Positions 17,217-25,549 of a DNA stretch of 64,000 nucleotides are shown in pieces. Where the stretch lies: positions 10,205 to 74,204 of the forward strand of contig JAMCWL010000103.1 in the NCBI GenBank assembly GCA_023481285.1, given 5' to 3'. Position 1 is the first letter of the stretch. The number at the start of each line of letters is the position of its first letter. The translations under genes and the position numbers were made by a program. The DNA comes from Actinomycetota bacterium (GTDB lineage: Bacteria > Actinomycetota > Aquicultoria > Aquicultorales > JAMCWL01). Below the pieces are notes generated by a model that ran no database searches, was not told the DNA's origin, and worked only from the letters and a program-made list of their open reading frames with translations.

Positions 17217-20200
17217 TACGGCTTCACCCATTTGGTATCCAGGTTGTTCCAATAATAGCTGAGGTAAACCATCACCGGGTCGGAAAACTTGGCGCCGTTC
17301 GACTGGAATATCCAAATACCGGTCGATCCCCCGCCGTAGTCGTAAACGGCCGCCACATCGGCCTTGCCATCCCCATTGAAGTCGCCGGGAATGATGGTTC
17401 CTTTTGAAAGATTCCAGTTCGACGTGTAGAAGACCATCTCCGGGTATGCGAAGGATGTGCCGGTCGAGGTAAATACAAAGATGGCGGTGGAAGATCCTCC
17501 GTAACCATAGAAGGCGATGACGTCATCTCTGCCGTCGCCGTTCACGTCTCCCACCGCGAACTTGGACCTCGAGGCGTCCCAATAGGGCAAATTCGAGATC
17601 ATGCTCGGATAGGATAGGTTGCCGCTTCCGTCCAAAGAGAAGAGCCAGAGGCCGGTAACGGCGCCGCCATAATCATAAACGGCGATCATGCTCTCTTTCG
17701 CTCCTCCGTCGATCCTTCCCGCGACGAGGGTCGTCCGTCCCCAATCCCAGTAAGGAGAGAAGAAGACCTGCCTCGGGTACTTAAAGGTGCCATCCGGGTT
17801 CTGCTCGAAGACGAAGACGCCCGTTGATGTTCCCCCGTATGTGTATAGGGCAAATGCTTCGTCTTTTCCGTCCCCATTGAAGTCGCCGGAGACAAGCTTT
17901 GTGCGGCTCCACTCCCAGTAGCCCGAGGTAAAAACGCGAATGGGCTGAGCATAGGCCGCTCCGGTGGACTTGAAGAGCCAAAAGGTTGATTGGGATCCGC
18001 CATCGTTGTGCAGAACCAGGAGATCGGCCTTGCCATCCCCGTCAAAATCTCCGGCGACCGTCTTCATCCTGGCAAAATCAAGGCCTGCAGTGCCCTTCCA
18101 CCAGCTCTCCGCAGAGAGGTTGTATCCCAAGGGATTGGCACCCGTCATAACCGGCTTAAAGACCCAGGCATCGAAACTCTCCCAACTATAGCTGTAAAAA
18201 GCCATAATATCGGATTTTCCATCGCCATTGGCATCATCCTTGTAAACGGGTTTCAGAGGCGCAGAACCCGAAGTCACCCCGGAAGCCACGGCCGAGTAGC
18301 CCGAGTCGTTGCCCGCTGTATCGTAAGCCCTCACCCGATAGTACTGGGTTACATTGACCGGCGGCGCGTCGGAGTAGCTCGCTGCCGCGGTCGCTGCAAT
18401 CTGAGACCAGCCAACCAGGTCCGTGCTTCTTTCCACCTTATAGCCGGATATCCCATTGGCGTCGCTTGACGCGCTCCAGTTTAGAATCAGGTTGCCACCT
18501 GAGCGAGTTACCGTCAGATTGGCCGGGTTCGTAGGCGCAACCGTATCGACCATAAGCGGTTGATACTTTACGACCTCTATATTGTTGGCCAAGTCAATGG
18601 AGTAGTAGTAGAGAGTGTGGTTGCCTTCTAGACCGCTAACTGGGATCGAATAGGATTGCCACCCACCGGGTGAAGTTGAATCCCATTGGTAGTACGTCGT
18701 TGCCGTCTCATCGGGAGTAAGAGAGATCGAAGGCGTCGTCTTAAACCAGCCGTTACTGCCATCGGGAGCTGCTGGGTTCGTGGAAAGGCTGGTTCGGGGC
18801 GGGGTTGTATCGGGCAATGATTGCGCATAGCCAAAGACGCCGCCGCCAGCCGTACCGGCGAAGATATTGCCATCATTTATAAAGTTGGCGGAGATCGCCA
18901 TCGAGCTCACACTCATATTCGCAAGATCGGTACCCACCGCGCTCCAGTTGGCGCCCGTATCGACCGACTTGAAGACGCCCCCGCCCGTACCGGCGAATAT
19001 AGTGCCGTCCGTCGCAAAGTTCGGCGAGACGACGAGAGACTTTATCGAGGTATTGGCAAGACCGGTGCTCGCCGGGGTCCAATTGAGACCACTATTGATC
19101 GACTTAAAGACGCCGCCGCCACTCGTGCCGGCGAAGATCGTCTTATCGACTGCGAAGTCGGGAGAAATAGCAAAAGATATCACGTAAGTATCGGTAAGAC
19201 CGCTATTCACCGGAATCCAGTTGGCGCCGCCGTTTGTCGATCTAAAAGCGCCGTTCCAGGTGCCGGCAAAGATGGTACTGTCCGTCATGTAGCTTGGAGA
19301 GACGGCCAAGGCGTATATTTGGTTGACGGTCAAGCCCGCATTTGTCGGATTCCAGTTGACCCCGCCATTTGTCGACTTAAATACACCGCCACCCATGGTA
19401 CCGGCAAAAATACTCCTGTCTATTCCATAGCTTGGAGAGATGGCCATGGAGTAAACGTACGTATTGGTCAAGCCGGTATTCGACTGGCCCCAGGTAGCGC
19501 CCCCGTCGGTTGACTTAAAAATCCCACCGCCGGTATATGTGCCGGCAAAGATCGTCCTATCATTCGCATAACCGGGAGAGATAGTCAGAGCGTATATTAG
19601 AATATTAGTTAAGCCGACGTTAAGCGGGCTCCAACTCGTTCCACTATTGGACGACTTGAAAACGCCACCACCGTATGTGCCCGCAAAGACCGTGCCATCA
19701 GTTGCGTAGTTTGGGGAGATGGCGACGGACTGCGCGATCGTTTTGATAATGCCGGAATTCGCCATGCCCCACACGGCGCCCCCATTGGTCGACTTATAGA
19801 CGCCGCCCCCATATAGACCCGCGAAGATGGTGCCGTCAGCCGCGTAGTTGGGAGAGACGGCAAGAGAATAGAGGTCTCCCCTGATGAGACCGGAGTTCAT
19901 CTCGCTCCAGTTGGTTCCGCCATCGATCGACTTGGAGACGCCACCGCCGACCGTGCCGGCGAAGATAGTATTGTCGGTTGCATAGTTGGAAGAAAGAGCG
20001 AGAGATCTTACGGAAGTCCCGACAAGGCCGGTGCTTGCCGGGTTCCAGCTTGCGCCGCCATCGATCGACTTAAAGACCCCGCTATCGGTGCCCGCAAAAA
20101 CGGTTGCACTATTGAAGAGCGCAAGGGATCTGACAAGAAGATTGGTCAGACCCGTGCTTGCCAAGCTCCAATTGGCACCGCCATCAACCGACTTAAAGAC

Positions 20201-20875
20201 CCCGCTATTCGTCCCGGCGTAAATCGTTCTGTCCGTTGTAAAGCTAGGAGAGAAGGCGAAAGAGTAGATACCGTTAGTGGTAAGACCGGCATTTGCCGCA
20301 CTCCAGGTGGCGCCGCCGTCAATTGACCGATAGACGCCGGAGCCACCCCAGACGCCGGCAAAGACCGTCCTGTCGCTCGCAAAGTTGGGAGAGATGGTGA
20401 GGGCTTTGATCTCGACAAACGCGGGGATGCCGGTATTGAGCGCGCTCCAGTTGGCACCGCCGTCAGTTGATCCGTAGACCCCATTGCTCCCGGTGCCGGC
20501 AAAGACCGTCCTGTCGCTTGCAAAGTTGGGAGAGATGGCAAGAGACAAGATGTTTACATTAGCAGGTAGACCTGTGTTTGCCGCACTCCAACTAACGGCG
20601 CCACCCGTTGACTTATAGACTCCACCGCTCTCCATTCCAGCGAAGAGAGTATTGTCGGTTGCATAGTTAGGAGAGACGACGAGAGAGTTGATAAGGCCAC
20701 CCTCCGGCCCGCCAGTCGTCCATTGATTAATCCCGGCTTCCGCTTCACCGGTCATCAGCAGATTTGCACCTATGACCGTTGAGAAGAAAACCAAGAAGGC
20801 GAGCGTATTGGAAAGGAGCTTAAACCCTCTCTTTTGAGGCAAGACGGATAAAAAAAGTCCCTGCGGGATGCCCAC
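17213..20875 (-). CDS. Large secreted/surface protein: ~14 BNR (Asp-box) propeller repeats, a beta-sandwich region, an Fn3 domain, and FG-GAP/VCBS-like repeats
   Basis: There is an N-terminal signal/TM segment. About 14 units of ~45 aa follow, each containing S.DGG..W and ISPN(F/Y)A.D.T.FAGT. An Fn3 domain follows (NLTVTRSGGNLILNWSASSD...YYRVRAYD). Six GDFNGDGK(A/D) FG-GAP-like units complete the protein. Confidence 0.8.
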   Translation of the reverse strand: MGIPQGLFLSVLPQKRGFKLLSNTLAFLVFFSTVIGANLLMTGEAEAGINQWTTGGPEGGLINSLVVSPNYATDNTLFAGMESGGVYKSTGGAVSWSAANTGLPANVNILSLAISPNFASDRTVFAGTGSNGVYGSTDGGANWSALNTGIPAFVEIKALTISPNFASDRTVFAGVWGGSGVYRSIDGGATWSAANAGLTTNGIYSFAFSPSFTTDRTIYAGTNSGVFKSVDGGANWSLASTGLTNLLVRSLALFNSATVFAGTDSGVFKSIDGGASWNPASTGLVGTSVRSLALSSNYATDNTIFAGTVGGGVSKSIDGGTNWSEMNSGLIRGDLYSLAVSPNYAADGTIFAGLYGGGVYKSTNGGAVWGMANSGIIKTIAQSVAISPNYATDGTVFAGTYGGGVFKSSNSGTSWSPLNVGLTNILIYALTISPGYANDRTIFAGTYTGGGIFKSTDGGATWGQSNTGLTNTYVYSMAISPSYGIDRSIFAGTMGGGVFKSTNGGVNWNPTNAGLTVNQIYALAVSPSYMTDSTIFAGTWNGAFRSTNGGANWIPVNSGLTDTYVISFAISPDFAVDKTIFAGTSGGGVFKSINSGLNWTPASTGLANTSIKSLVVSPNFATDGTIFAGTGGGVFKSVDTGANWSAVGTDLANMSVSSMAISANFINDGNIFAGTAGGGVFGYAQSLPDTTPPRTSLSTNPAAPDGSNGWFKTTPSISLTPDETATTYYQWDSTSPGGWQSYSIPVSGLEGNHTLYYYSIDLANNIEVVKYQPLMVDTVAPTNPANLTVTRSGGNLILNWSASSDANGISGYKVERSTDLVGWSQIAATAAASYSDAPPVNVTQYYRVRAYDTAGNDSGYSAVASGVTSGSAPLKPVYKDDANGDGKSDIMAFYSYSWESFDAWVFKPVMTGANPLGYNLSAESWWKGTAGLDFARMKTVAGDFDGDGKADLLVLHNDGGSQSTFWLFKSTGAAYAQPIRVFTSGYWEWSRTKLVSGDFNGDGKDEAFALYTYGGTSTGVFVFEQNPDGTFKYPRQVFFSPYWDWGRTTLVAGRIDGGAKESMIAVYDYGGAVTGLWLFSLDGSGNLSYPSMISNLPYWDASRSKFAVGDVNGDGRDDVIAFYGYGGSSTAIFVFTSTGTSFAYPEMVFYTSNWNLSKGTIIPGDFNGDGKADVAAVYDYGGGSTGIWIFQSNGAKFSDPVMVYLSYYWNNLDTKWVKPY

Positions 20876-20988
20876 TTTTCCTCCCGGTCACCAAGATTAA
20901 GAGCTTTGATTACCAGCTATTTTATCGGTTGCACCGGGAAGATACTTTAGTATCCTGGCCCTATGTTTTCAATATCCTTACCTGCCTA

Positions 20989-21016
20989 TTGTCCCCCAAC
21001 ATGCTAGGAATATAAT
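20989..21016 (+). promoter_or_regulatory. Candidate sigma70-type promoter for the GT-B gene
   Basis: TTGTCC, a 16-nt spacer and TATAAT, located 45 nt upstream of the ATG at 21062. Confidence 0.45.
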
Positions 21017-21061
21017 GGAAATCAGATCGCTAGACTGAAGGCATCCATCAACCAGCGGAGC

Positions 21062-22360
21062 ATGGACGGAGATACCATCATGAATAGCGAGCAAGGGGCC
21101 TCTCGGCGCGTGACAATCCTGGTCAGCTCAGTCGGCCTCGGCCACGTCTTTCGAGAGCTCGCAATAGTCAACGAGCTGCGGCGGATCATACCCGACCTCG
21201 AAGCAACCTGGGTTACTACACATCCCAACACTATACCGCTTGAAGAGCTTGGTGAGAGCGTGCATCCACTATCCTCCAGGCTTAAACCAGCCAGCTTGAT
21301 CGCCGAAACCTCTGCGGAGCCGGCATTTCGCTGGGACAGCCATAAGAGCATCCGCCGGATGAACACCCTCTACCGTCTTAACTCCCGGGTGGTTCGAGAG
21401 ATCCTGGCCAGTTCGACGCCTAACCTGGTCATCGCCGATGAGGCGATGGAGCTCATGATCCTTCTTGAGCTGCAACCATATATTAGCTGGTCGCTCGCGT
21501 ACATCACTGATTCGCCGCTTCCATACTGGGTAAACCCCACCATAGCCTCCGGCCCGTTCTCCCGGGTATCCGATTACTTCCGCTGCCGTAATTATGTCCG
21601 CTTCTTCGCCGACTGGCTGACCGAGAGAGGCGCCGCCATCTTTATCGGAACGAATGAGGACGTCCCCGATCTGCCCATGGGCCCCGGACTCCCGAAACTT
21701 CGCTCCTGGTTCGAAAAGACATTTCAACCGGTAGGCTACGTGATAAACTTCAACCCAAACACCCCCACGGCTGCCGGAAAGTACTCCTTGAAAGAACGGC
21801 TCGGTTATGACCCCGATAAGAGGGTGATCATCGCTTCGGTCGGCGGCACCGCCATAGGGCAGGAGCTGCTGGAAAAAGTCGATCTGGCCGCCGATGCGCT
21901 GACCGCGGCGACCGAATCGGATGTCGAAGTCGTGCTCGTCACCGGCCCTCGCCTCCCGCCCGAGAAGCTCAAGCTCGCGTCGGGTAGATCTTTGGTCAAA
22001 TCTTACGTCCCGAGGTTATACGAGCACTTCGCGGCGGCGGACTTTGCAGTCGTTATGGGTTCTTTGTCGTCGGCGGTGGAGCTTGCGGCGGTCGGGACCC
22101 CCTTCGTCTACGTGCCCGTTGCCGGTCATACCGAGCAGGAGCACAATGTGGCCGCAAGGCTCGATCGCCTTGGCGTCGGCCAGAAGATGAGCTTTATGGA
22201 AATGGGGCCGAACAGGCTGGCCTCGGCATTCAGGAAGGCCCTCAATCACCAGGCGCAACCCCCTAAGGTGGCCCTCCCGCTCGACGGGGCGCGCCGGGCC
22301 GCGGAAATCCTGGCATCGGTACTTCAAGAGAGTAATAAGGCTGAGGCTGAAGGCCGATAA
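21062..22360 (+). CDS. GT-B fold glycosyltransferase (GT28/MurG-like C-terminal domain)
   Basis: The N-terminus VSSVGLGHVFRELAI and the C-terminus GSLSSAVELAAVGTPFVYVP...EQEHNA are typical of the GT1/GT28 family. Confidence 0.55.
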   Translation: MDGDTIMNSEQGASRRVTILVSSVGLGHVFRELAIVNELRRIIPDLEATWVTTHPNTIPLEELGESVHPLSSRLKPASLIAETSAEPAFRWDSHKSIRRMNTLYRLNSRVVREILASSTPNLVIADEAMELMILLELQPYISWSLAYITDSPLPYWVNPTIASGPFSRVSDYFRCRNYVRFFADWLTERGAAIFIGTNEDVPDLPMGPGLPKLRSWFEKTFQPVGYVINFNPNTPTAAGKYSLKERLGYDPDKRVIIASVGGTAIGQELLEKVDLAADALTAATESDVEVVLVTGPRLPPEKLKLASGRSLVKSYVPRLYEHFAAADFAVVMGSLSSAVELAAVGTPFVYVPVAGHTEQEHNVAARLDRLGVGQKMSFMEMGPNRLASAFRKALNHQAQPPKVALPLDGARRAAEILASVLQESNKAEAEGR

Positions 22361-22451
22361 ACAAGGTATCACTTTTCTCTGTCGCGGCAACGTCAATATC
22401 TCACCCTAACTGCAACATGAAAACGTCACTTTTCTCCCGTCGCTTTTCTCT

Positions 22452-22479
22452 TTGCATAGCGGGTATGCCGTGGTAAAAT
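22452..22479 (+). promoter_or_regulatory. Candidate promoter for the tRNA Gly-Cys-Val cluster
   Basis: TTGCAT, a 16-nt spacer and TGgTAAAAT. It is preceded by three copies of CTTTTCTC within two 17-18-nt direct repeats (22369-22385 and 22426-22443). Confidence 0.45.
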
Positions 22480-22503
22480 TTCTATCGTCATTTATAGAAT
22501 GTT

Positions 22504-22575
22504 GCGGATGTAGCTCAGTGGTAGAGCACAACCTTGCCAAGGTTGGGGTCGTGGGTTCAAGTCCCATCATCCGCT
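22504..22575 (+). tRNA. tRNA-Gly (GCC)
   Basis: I folded the cloverleaf by hand. The acceptor stem is GCGGATG/CATCCGC and the anticodon loop is TTGCCAA. CCA is not encoded. Confidence 0.9.
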
Positions 22576-22773
22576 CTTCTGGTACCGTAGTATCTTAGTA
22601 CCCTGGTACCTTGGTAAAATGTTTGAGACGATCGCGAGCTTCTTGCACCAACTGCATCTATCAGCTGTTTTTGAGACTCTGCATTCTAGCCGCTGAATGG
22701 AGCCATGCAGAAAGATTGCTTCACCATAAACTTTCTACCACGGTACCAAGAGACTAAGGTACTATACTACTAC

Positions 22774-22845
22774 GGCGACGTGGCCGAGTGGCTTAGGCAA
22801 CGGTCTGCAAAACCGTGTACGGCGGTTCAATTCCGCCCGTCGCCT
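22774..22845 (+). tRNA. tRNA-Cys (GCA)
   Basis: Acceptor stem GGCGACG/CGTCGCC, anticodon stem ACGGT/ACCGT and loop CTGCAAA. Confidence 0.85.
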
Positions 22846-22908
22846 CAATTGTAGATGCAAGTCAGAAGCATGTTAAAATAAGCTATCGTTGGATCAGATA
22901 AGGAAAGC

Positions 22909-22980
22909 GGGCGCTTAGCTCAGGGGGAGAGCGCTTCCTTGACGCGGAAGAGGCCGTAGGTTCAAATCCTACAGCGCCCA
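22909..22980 (+). tRNA. tRNA-Val (GAC)
   Basis: Acceptor stem GGGCGCT/AGCGCCC and anticodon loop TTGACGC. Confidence 0.9.
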
Positions 22981-22985
22981 CGGAT

Positions 22986-23018
22986 AAAAGGCCAGCTCAG
23001 AGCTGGTCTTTGCTTTTT
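22986..23018 (+). terminator. Rho-independent terminator after the tRNA cluster
   Basis: The sequence reads AAAAGGCCAGCTCAGAGCTGGTCTTTGCTTTTT. Confidence 0.5.
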
Positions 23019-23291
23019 CTCCTGCTTGCTCGAAGGCCCCAAAAGCCGAATCTTGCCCTGTTTTTGCCCTGTCAGTGCGAAAAAGGACGCTATCCAAGGC
23101 CTCTGCGGAGCCTTCGTCCGTGTCCGGGAGAAGGTGGCCGTAGACGACCGAGGAAAGCGCCAACGCTAAACCTGAAACAATTAACGAGATGTTTTCTTTC
23201 ATTTTAACGCCTTTATTTTACAGCTAACATTGTCGATTTATTTGGGGTAAACTATAAACACTAGTAAACACAAGTATGCAACGAGGAAAAC

Positions 23292-23465
23292 ATGGCAAAG
23301 CCAATAGAGCCGACACCAACTTATGAAGCAGCCGACGCGGAGCGTTTCTATACGCGCATGAAGGATGCGCGGTATAGCGAGGAAAAAAACGCTCAGTTGG
23401 CGCGTGCTCGTGAAGTTTATCATAGAGCGCGCGCACATCAGCACGGTAAAAGACCGTCTAGGTAA
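23292..23465 (+). CDS. 57-aa putative antitoxin partner of the GNAT toxin; too short for the ORF track
   Basis: ATG with a GAGGA RBS. The protein is MAKPIEPTPTYEAADAERFYTRMKDARYSEEKNAQLARAREVYHRARAHQHGKRPSR. It ends 9 nt before the GNAT gene. Its assignment as an antitoxin rests on gene context only. Confidence 0.4.
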   Translation: MAKPIEPTPTYEAADAERFYTRMKDARYSEEKNAQLARAREVYHRARAHQHGKRPSR

Positions 23466-23474
23466 TCCATTCCA

Positions 23475-24044
23475 TTGCGACCCATGATTGAAATCCCCGC
23501 GATCTTCAATGACCTGCTTTTTAAAGGCCTTACGGACGAAAACCTTCCTGTCACCTTCAACTGTGGTGATAAGGACTTAGAGGATTTTCTTCTCGAAGAT
23601 GCCGGATGGCACGCCGAGCTTGATATAGCTCACACAACGCTTATCTTCTACCAGAACAAAGTGGCCGGTTATTTTTCGCTCCTTATGGACGCAATACGCT
23701 TGAATCCTAGCGAACGGTCGGACGTTTTCGGAACCGAGCCGGAGCTCAGGTATAGGGAATATCCGGCGTTGAAAATAGGACGGCTTGCTATCGCCGAGGA
23801 TTGCCAACGAAAGGGCATCGGGACGTGCGCTTTTCTATACATCCTGGGATTAGCTCAATCACTTCAAACTCAAAGAGAAATCGGCGTTAAGTTTATCTCC
23901 GTGGATGCTTACAACAACGAGGACAGCCTGAGGTTCTATAAGCGGTGCAAGTTTGAGGTAGGCATAGCGGAAAACCCACCGCGTAAAGATGGAAGAACCC
24001 CCGGAACCATCAGCATGTATTACGATATAAGGCCCTACGAATAA
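23475..24044 (+). CDS. GNAT-family acetyltransferase, TacT/AtaT-like type II toxin
   Basis: The motifs FNCGDKDLEDFLLEDA, YPALKIGRLAIAEDCQRKGIG and VDAYNNEDSLRFYKRCKF match the toxin-type GNAT pattern. Confidence 0.65.
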   Translation: MRPMIEIPAIFNDLLFKGLTDENLPVTFNCGDKDLEDFLLEDAGWHAELDIAHTTLIFYQNKVAGYFSLLMDAIRLNPSERSDVFGTEPELRYREYPALKIGRLAIAEDCQRKGIGTCAFLYILGLAQSLQTQREIGVKFISVDAYNNEDSLRFYKRCKFEVGIAENPPRKDGRTPGTISMYYDIRPYE

Positions 24045-24059
24045 AAAAATAGGCCAGCC

Positions 24060-24165
24060 TAGACGGATGTTAAGCTAACCCTTCGCTCTTCCGTTCTTCT
24101 CACGAGCTTTGCCACCGCGTCCGCCTTAACTTGCGGCGACAGGTGGGCGTATCCGAGCGTCGTCT
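24060..24165 (-). pseudogene. Tyrosine integrase 3'-terminal remnant (~30 codons)
   Basis: The minus strand translates to TTLGYAHLSPQVKADAVAKLVRRTEERR, the catalytic-Tyr end of a phage-type integrase. The rest of the gene is absent. Confidence 0.6.
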
Positions 24166-24393
24166 AGAAAAGCTCTCGTATCAGTTCTTCTTTCGTCCTT
24201 CCAAGATGATCGGCGATGTCGGCAAGAATCTTACTGAGCGTACCGACTCTGATGGGATCGTGCGCCCAATCGTAATGTGGTGCTCGCCGGTTACAAGCCT
24301 CATATGGCTTCCGGTTTGCCGCGCAACCTTGTAGCCGTATTTGCTCAAACGCTTGGCAAGCTCTTTTCCGCTGATATCTCTGGGGATTCTCAT
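24164..24393 (-). pseudogene. hicA: hicA toxin gene interrupted by a 1-nt frameshift
   Basis: One frame gives MRIPRDISGKELAKRLSKYGYKVARQTGSHMRLVTGEHHITI. The conserved C-terminal half (AHDPIRVGTLSKILADIADHLGRTKEELIRELF) continues in another frame from about nt 24262. Confidence 0.6.
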
Positions 24394-24608
24394 ACGGCGA
24401 TAACTTCATCGTGAACCATATGAAGGCGGATGACTTTGGGCATTTCATCCTCTTCAAAGTGGCACTTTACGGCGTCCCTGACGGCTGCTTTTAGTTCTTC
24501 AAAGCTCTCAGCTTGAGTGTAAATGGAATAGCCAAGCGCGTGCGCTTCGTATCCGCCTTCCGCTGACTCCTCAACGGTAAAGATGATTTCCCTTGCCATG
24601 TGATGCAC
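24390..24608 (-). CDS. hicB: HicB-family antitoxin (DUF1902-like)
   Basis: 72 aa, with EIIFTVEESAEGGYEAHALGYSIYTQAESFEELKAAVRDAVKCHF. It overlaps hicA by 4 nt (ATGA). Confidence 0.7.
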   Translation of the reverse strand: MHHMAREIIFTVEESAEGGYEAHALGYSIYTQAESFEELKAAVRDAVKCHFEEDEMPKVIRLHMVHDEVIAV

Positions 24609-24622
24609 CTCCTGGTAGAAGT

Positions 24623-24904
24623 TTATACCTCCGCCGGCAATTTCACCACTTTGGGTTTTGATGTTCTACCGACAAGCCTTTCCACCGCATCGAGTTTTAC
24701 CCCCGGGCTGAGGTGAGCGTATCGCGTAGTCATTTTAAGGTCGGAGTGTCCAAGCAAGTCCCTGACGGTGTTCAGATCCACACCGGCCATTACCAGACGG
24801 CTTGCAAAATGATGCTTAATATCATGCCAGCGGAAAATATTCGAGTGCTTGGTGGAGGATAATTCTTGGAGGAGTCGCAGAGACAATCTGGGCGTGCCTG
24901 GCAC
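24623..24904 (-). pseudogene. Tyrosine integrase C-terminal fragment with no N-terminal or core-binding domains
   Basis: The fragment reads [54 protein letters not shown], covering the HxxR and catalytic Y region only. Confidence 0.7.
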
Positions 24905-25342
24905 CTAGTTCTTCGTATGCTCTAGCCGGTAAGTATTAACCTCTACCAACCACTTAATTCCCCTTATCGTAATTTCAGGGCCAGAGCTAACCTCATGATA
25001 ACCAGTCCTTTTTCTCGTTGCTACAGCCGGCCCATCTGCAGGTACAAAGATGTAGCGCAGTGCAGGGCTGCCCTCTCTCAACAGCTTGATGTCGTATTCG
25101 ATTTCGCCCTTTTGCGCCCCAAGCTGAATCACGTAACGTGCTACTTTTCGCAAAAAGTCCCCTGGCTGTATGTGCGAACCGCCATGCCGCCAGAATGCCA
25201 GCACGGAGTCAAAGACCCCTATGTTCACATAAGTCCAAAGCTTGGAATTCTTACTCACGCTGAACGCCATAAAGTGAGGAGAGCGGTCCACTTCCTCTAT
25301 CGAATATTCATCATCGCCTAGCATAAACATCTGCTTTCCCAT
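24905..25342 (-). CDS. Hypothetical 145-aa protein; I recognise no family
   Basis: Clean ORF in a visibly AT-richer patch. It abuts the integrase fragment. Confidence 0.5.
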   Translation of the reverse strand: MGKQMFMLGDDEYSIEEVDRSPHFMAFSVSKNSKLWTYVNIGVFDSVLAFWRHGGSHIQPGDFLRKVARYVIQLGAQKGEIEYDIKLLREGSPALRYIFVPADGPAVATRKRTGYHEVSSGPEITIRGIKWLVEVNTYRLEHTKN

Positions 25343-25549
25343 TGCCGATCATCCTTATTTAAGCCTGGTTTTACATGGTCTCCCTGCAATTTTACTACAA
25401 TGCCTGTTTCTTGGATAATCCATCAGCTTTGAACCTGGATGGCTAGATGGAAAGGTATTGCCTTGAGCCAATGATAAAGTGAGCCAGCCGCTCCTACGTA
25501 GAGACATCTCCCGCTATCTCCTGCTAATATTGTTGTCAACAGCACGTCA

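Noticed and set aside
22969-23202. A 77-aa minus-strand ORF with a signal-peptide-like N-terminus (MKENISLIVSGLALALSSVVYG...)
   Set aside because: Its 3' end overlaps tRNA-Val and the terminator hairpin, its RBS is weak, and I recognise no homology. It is possibly real but unsupported.
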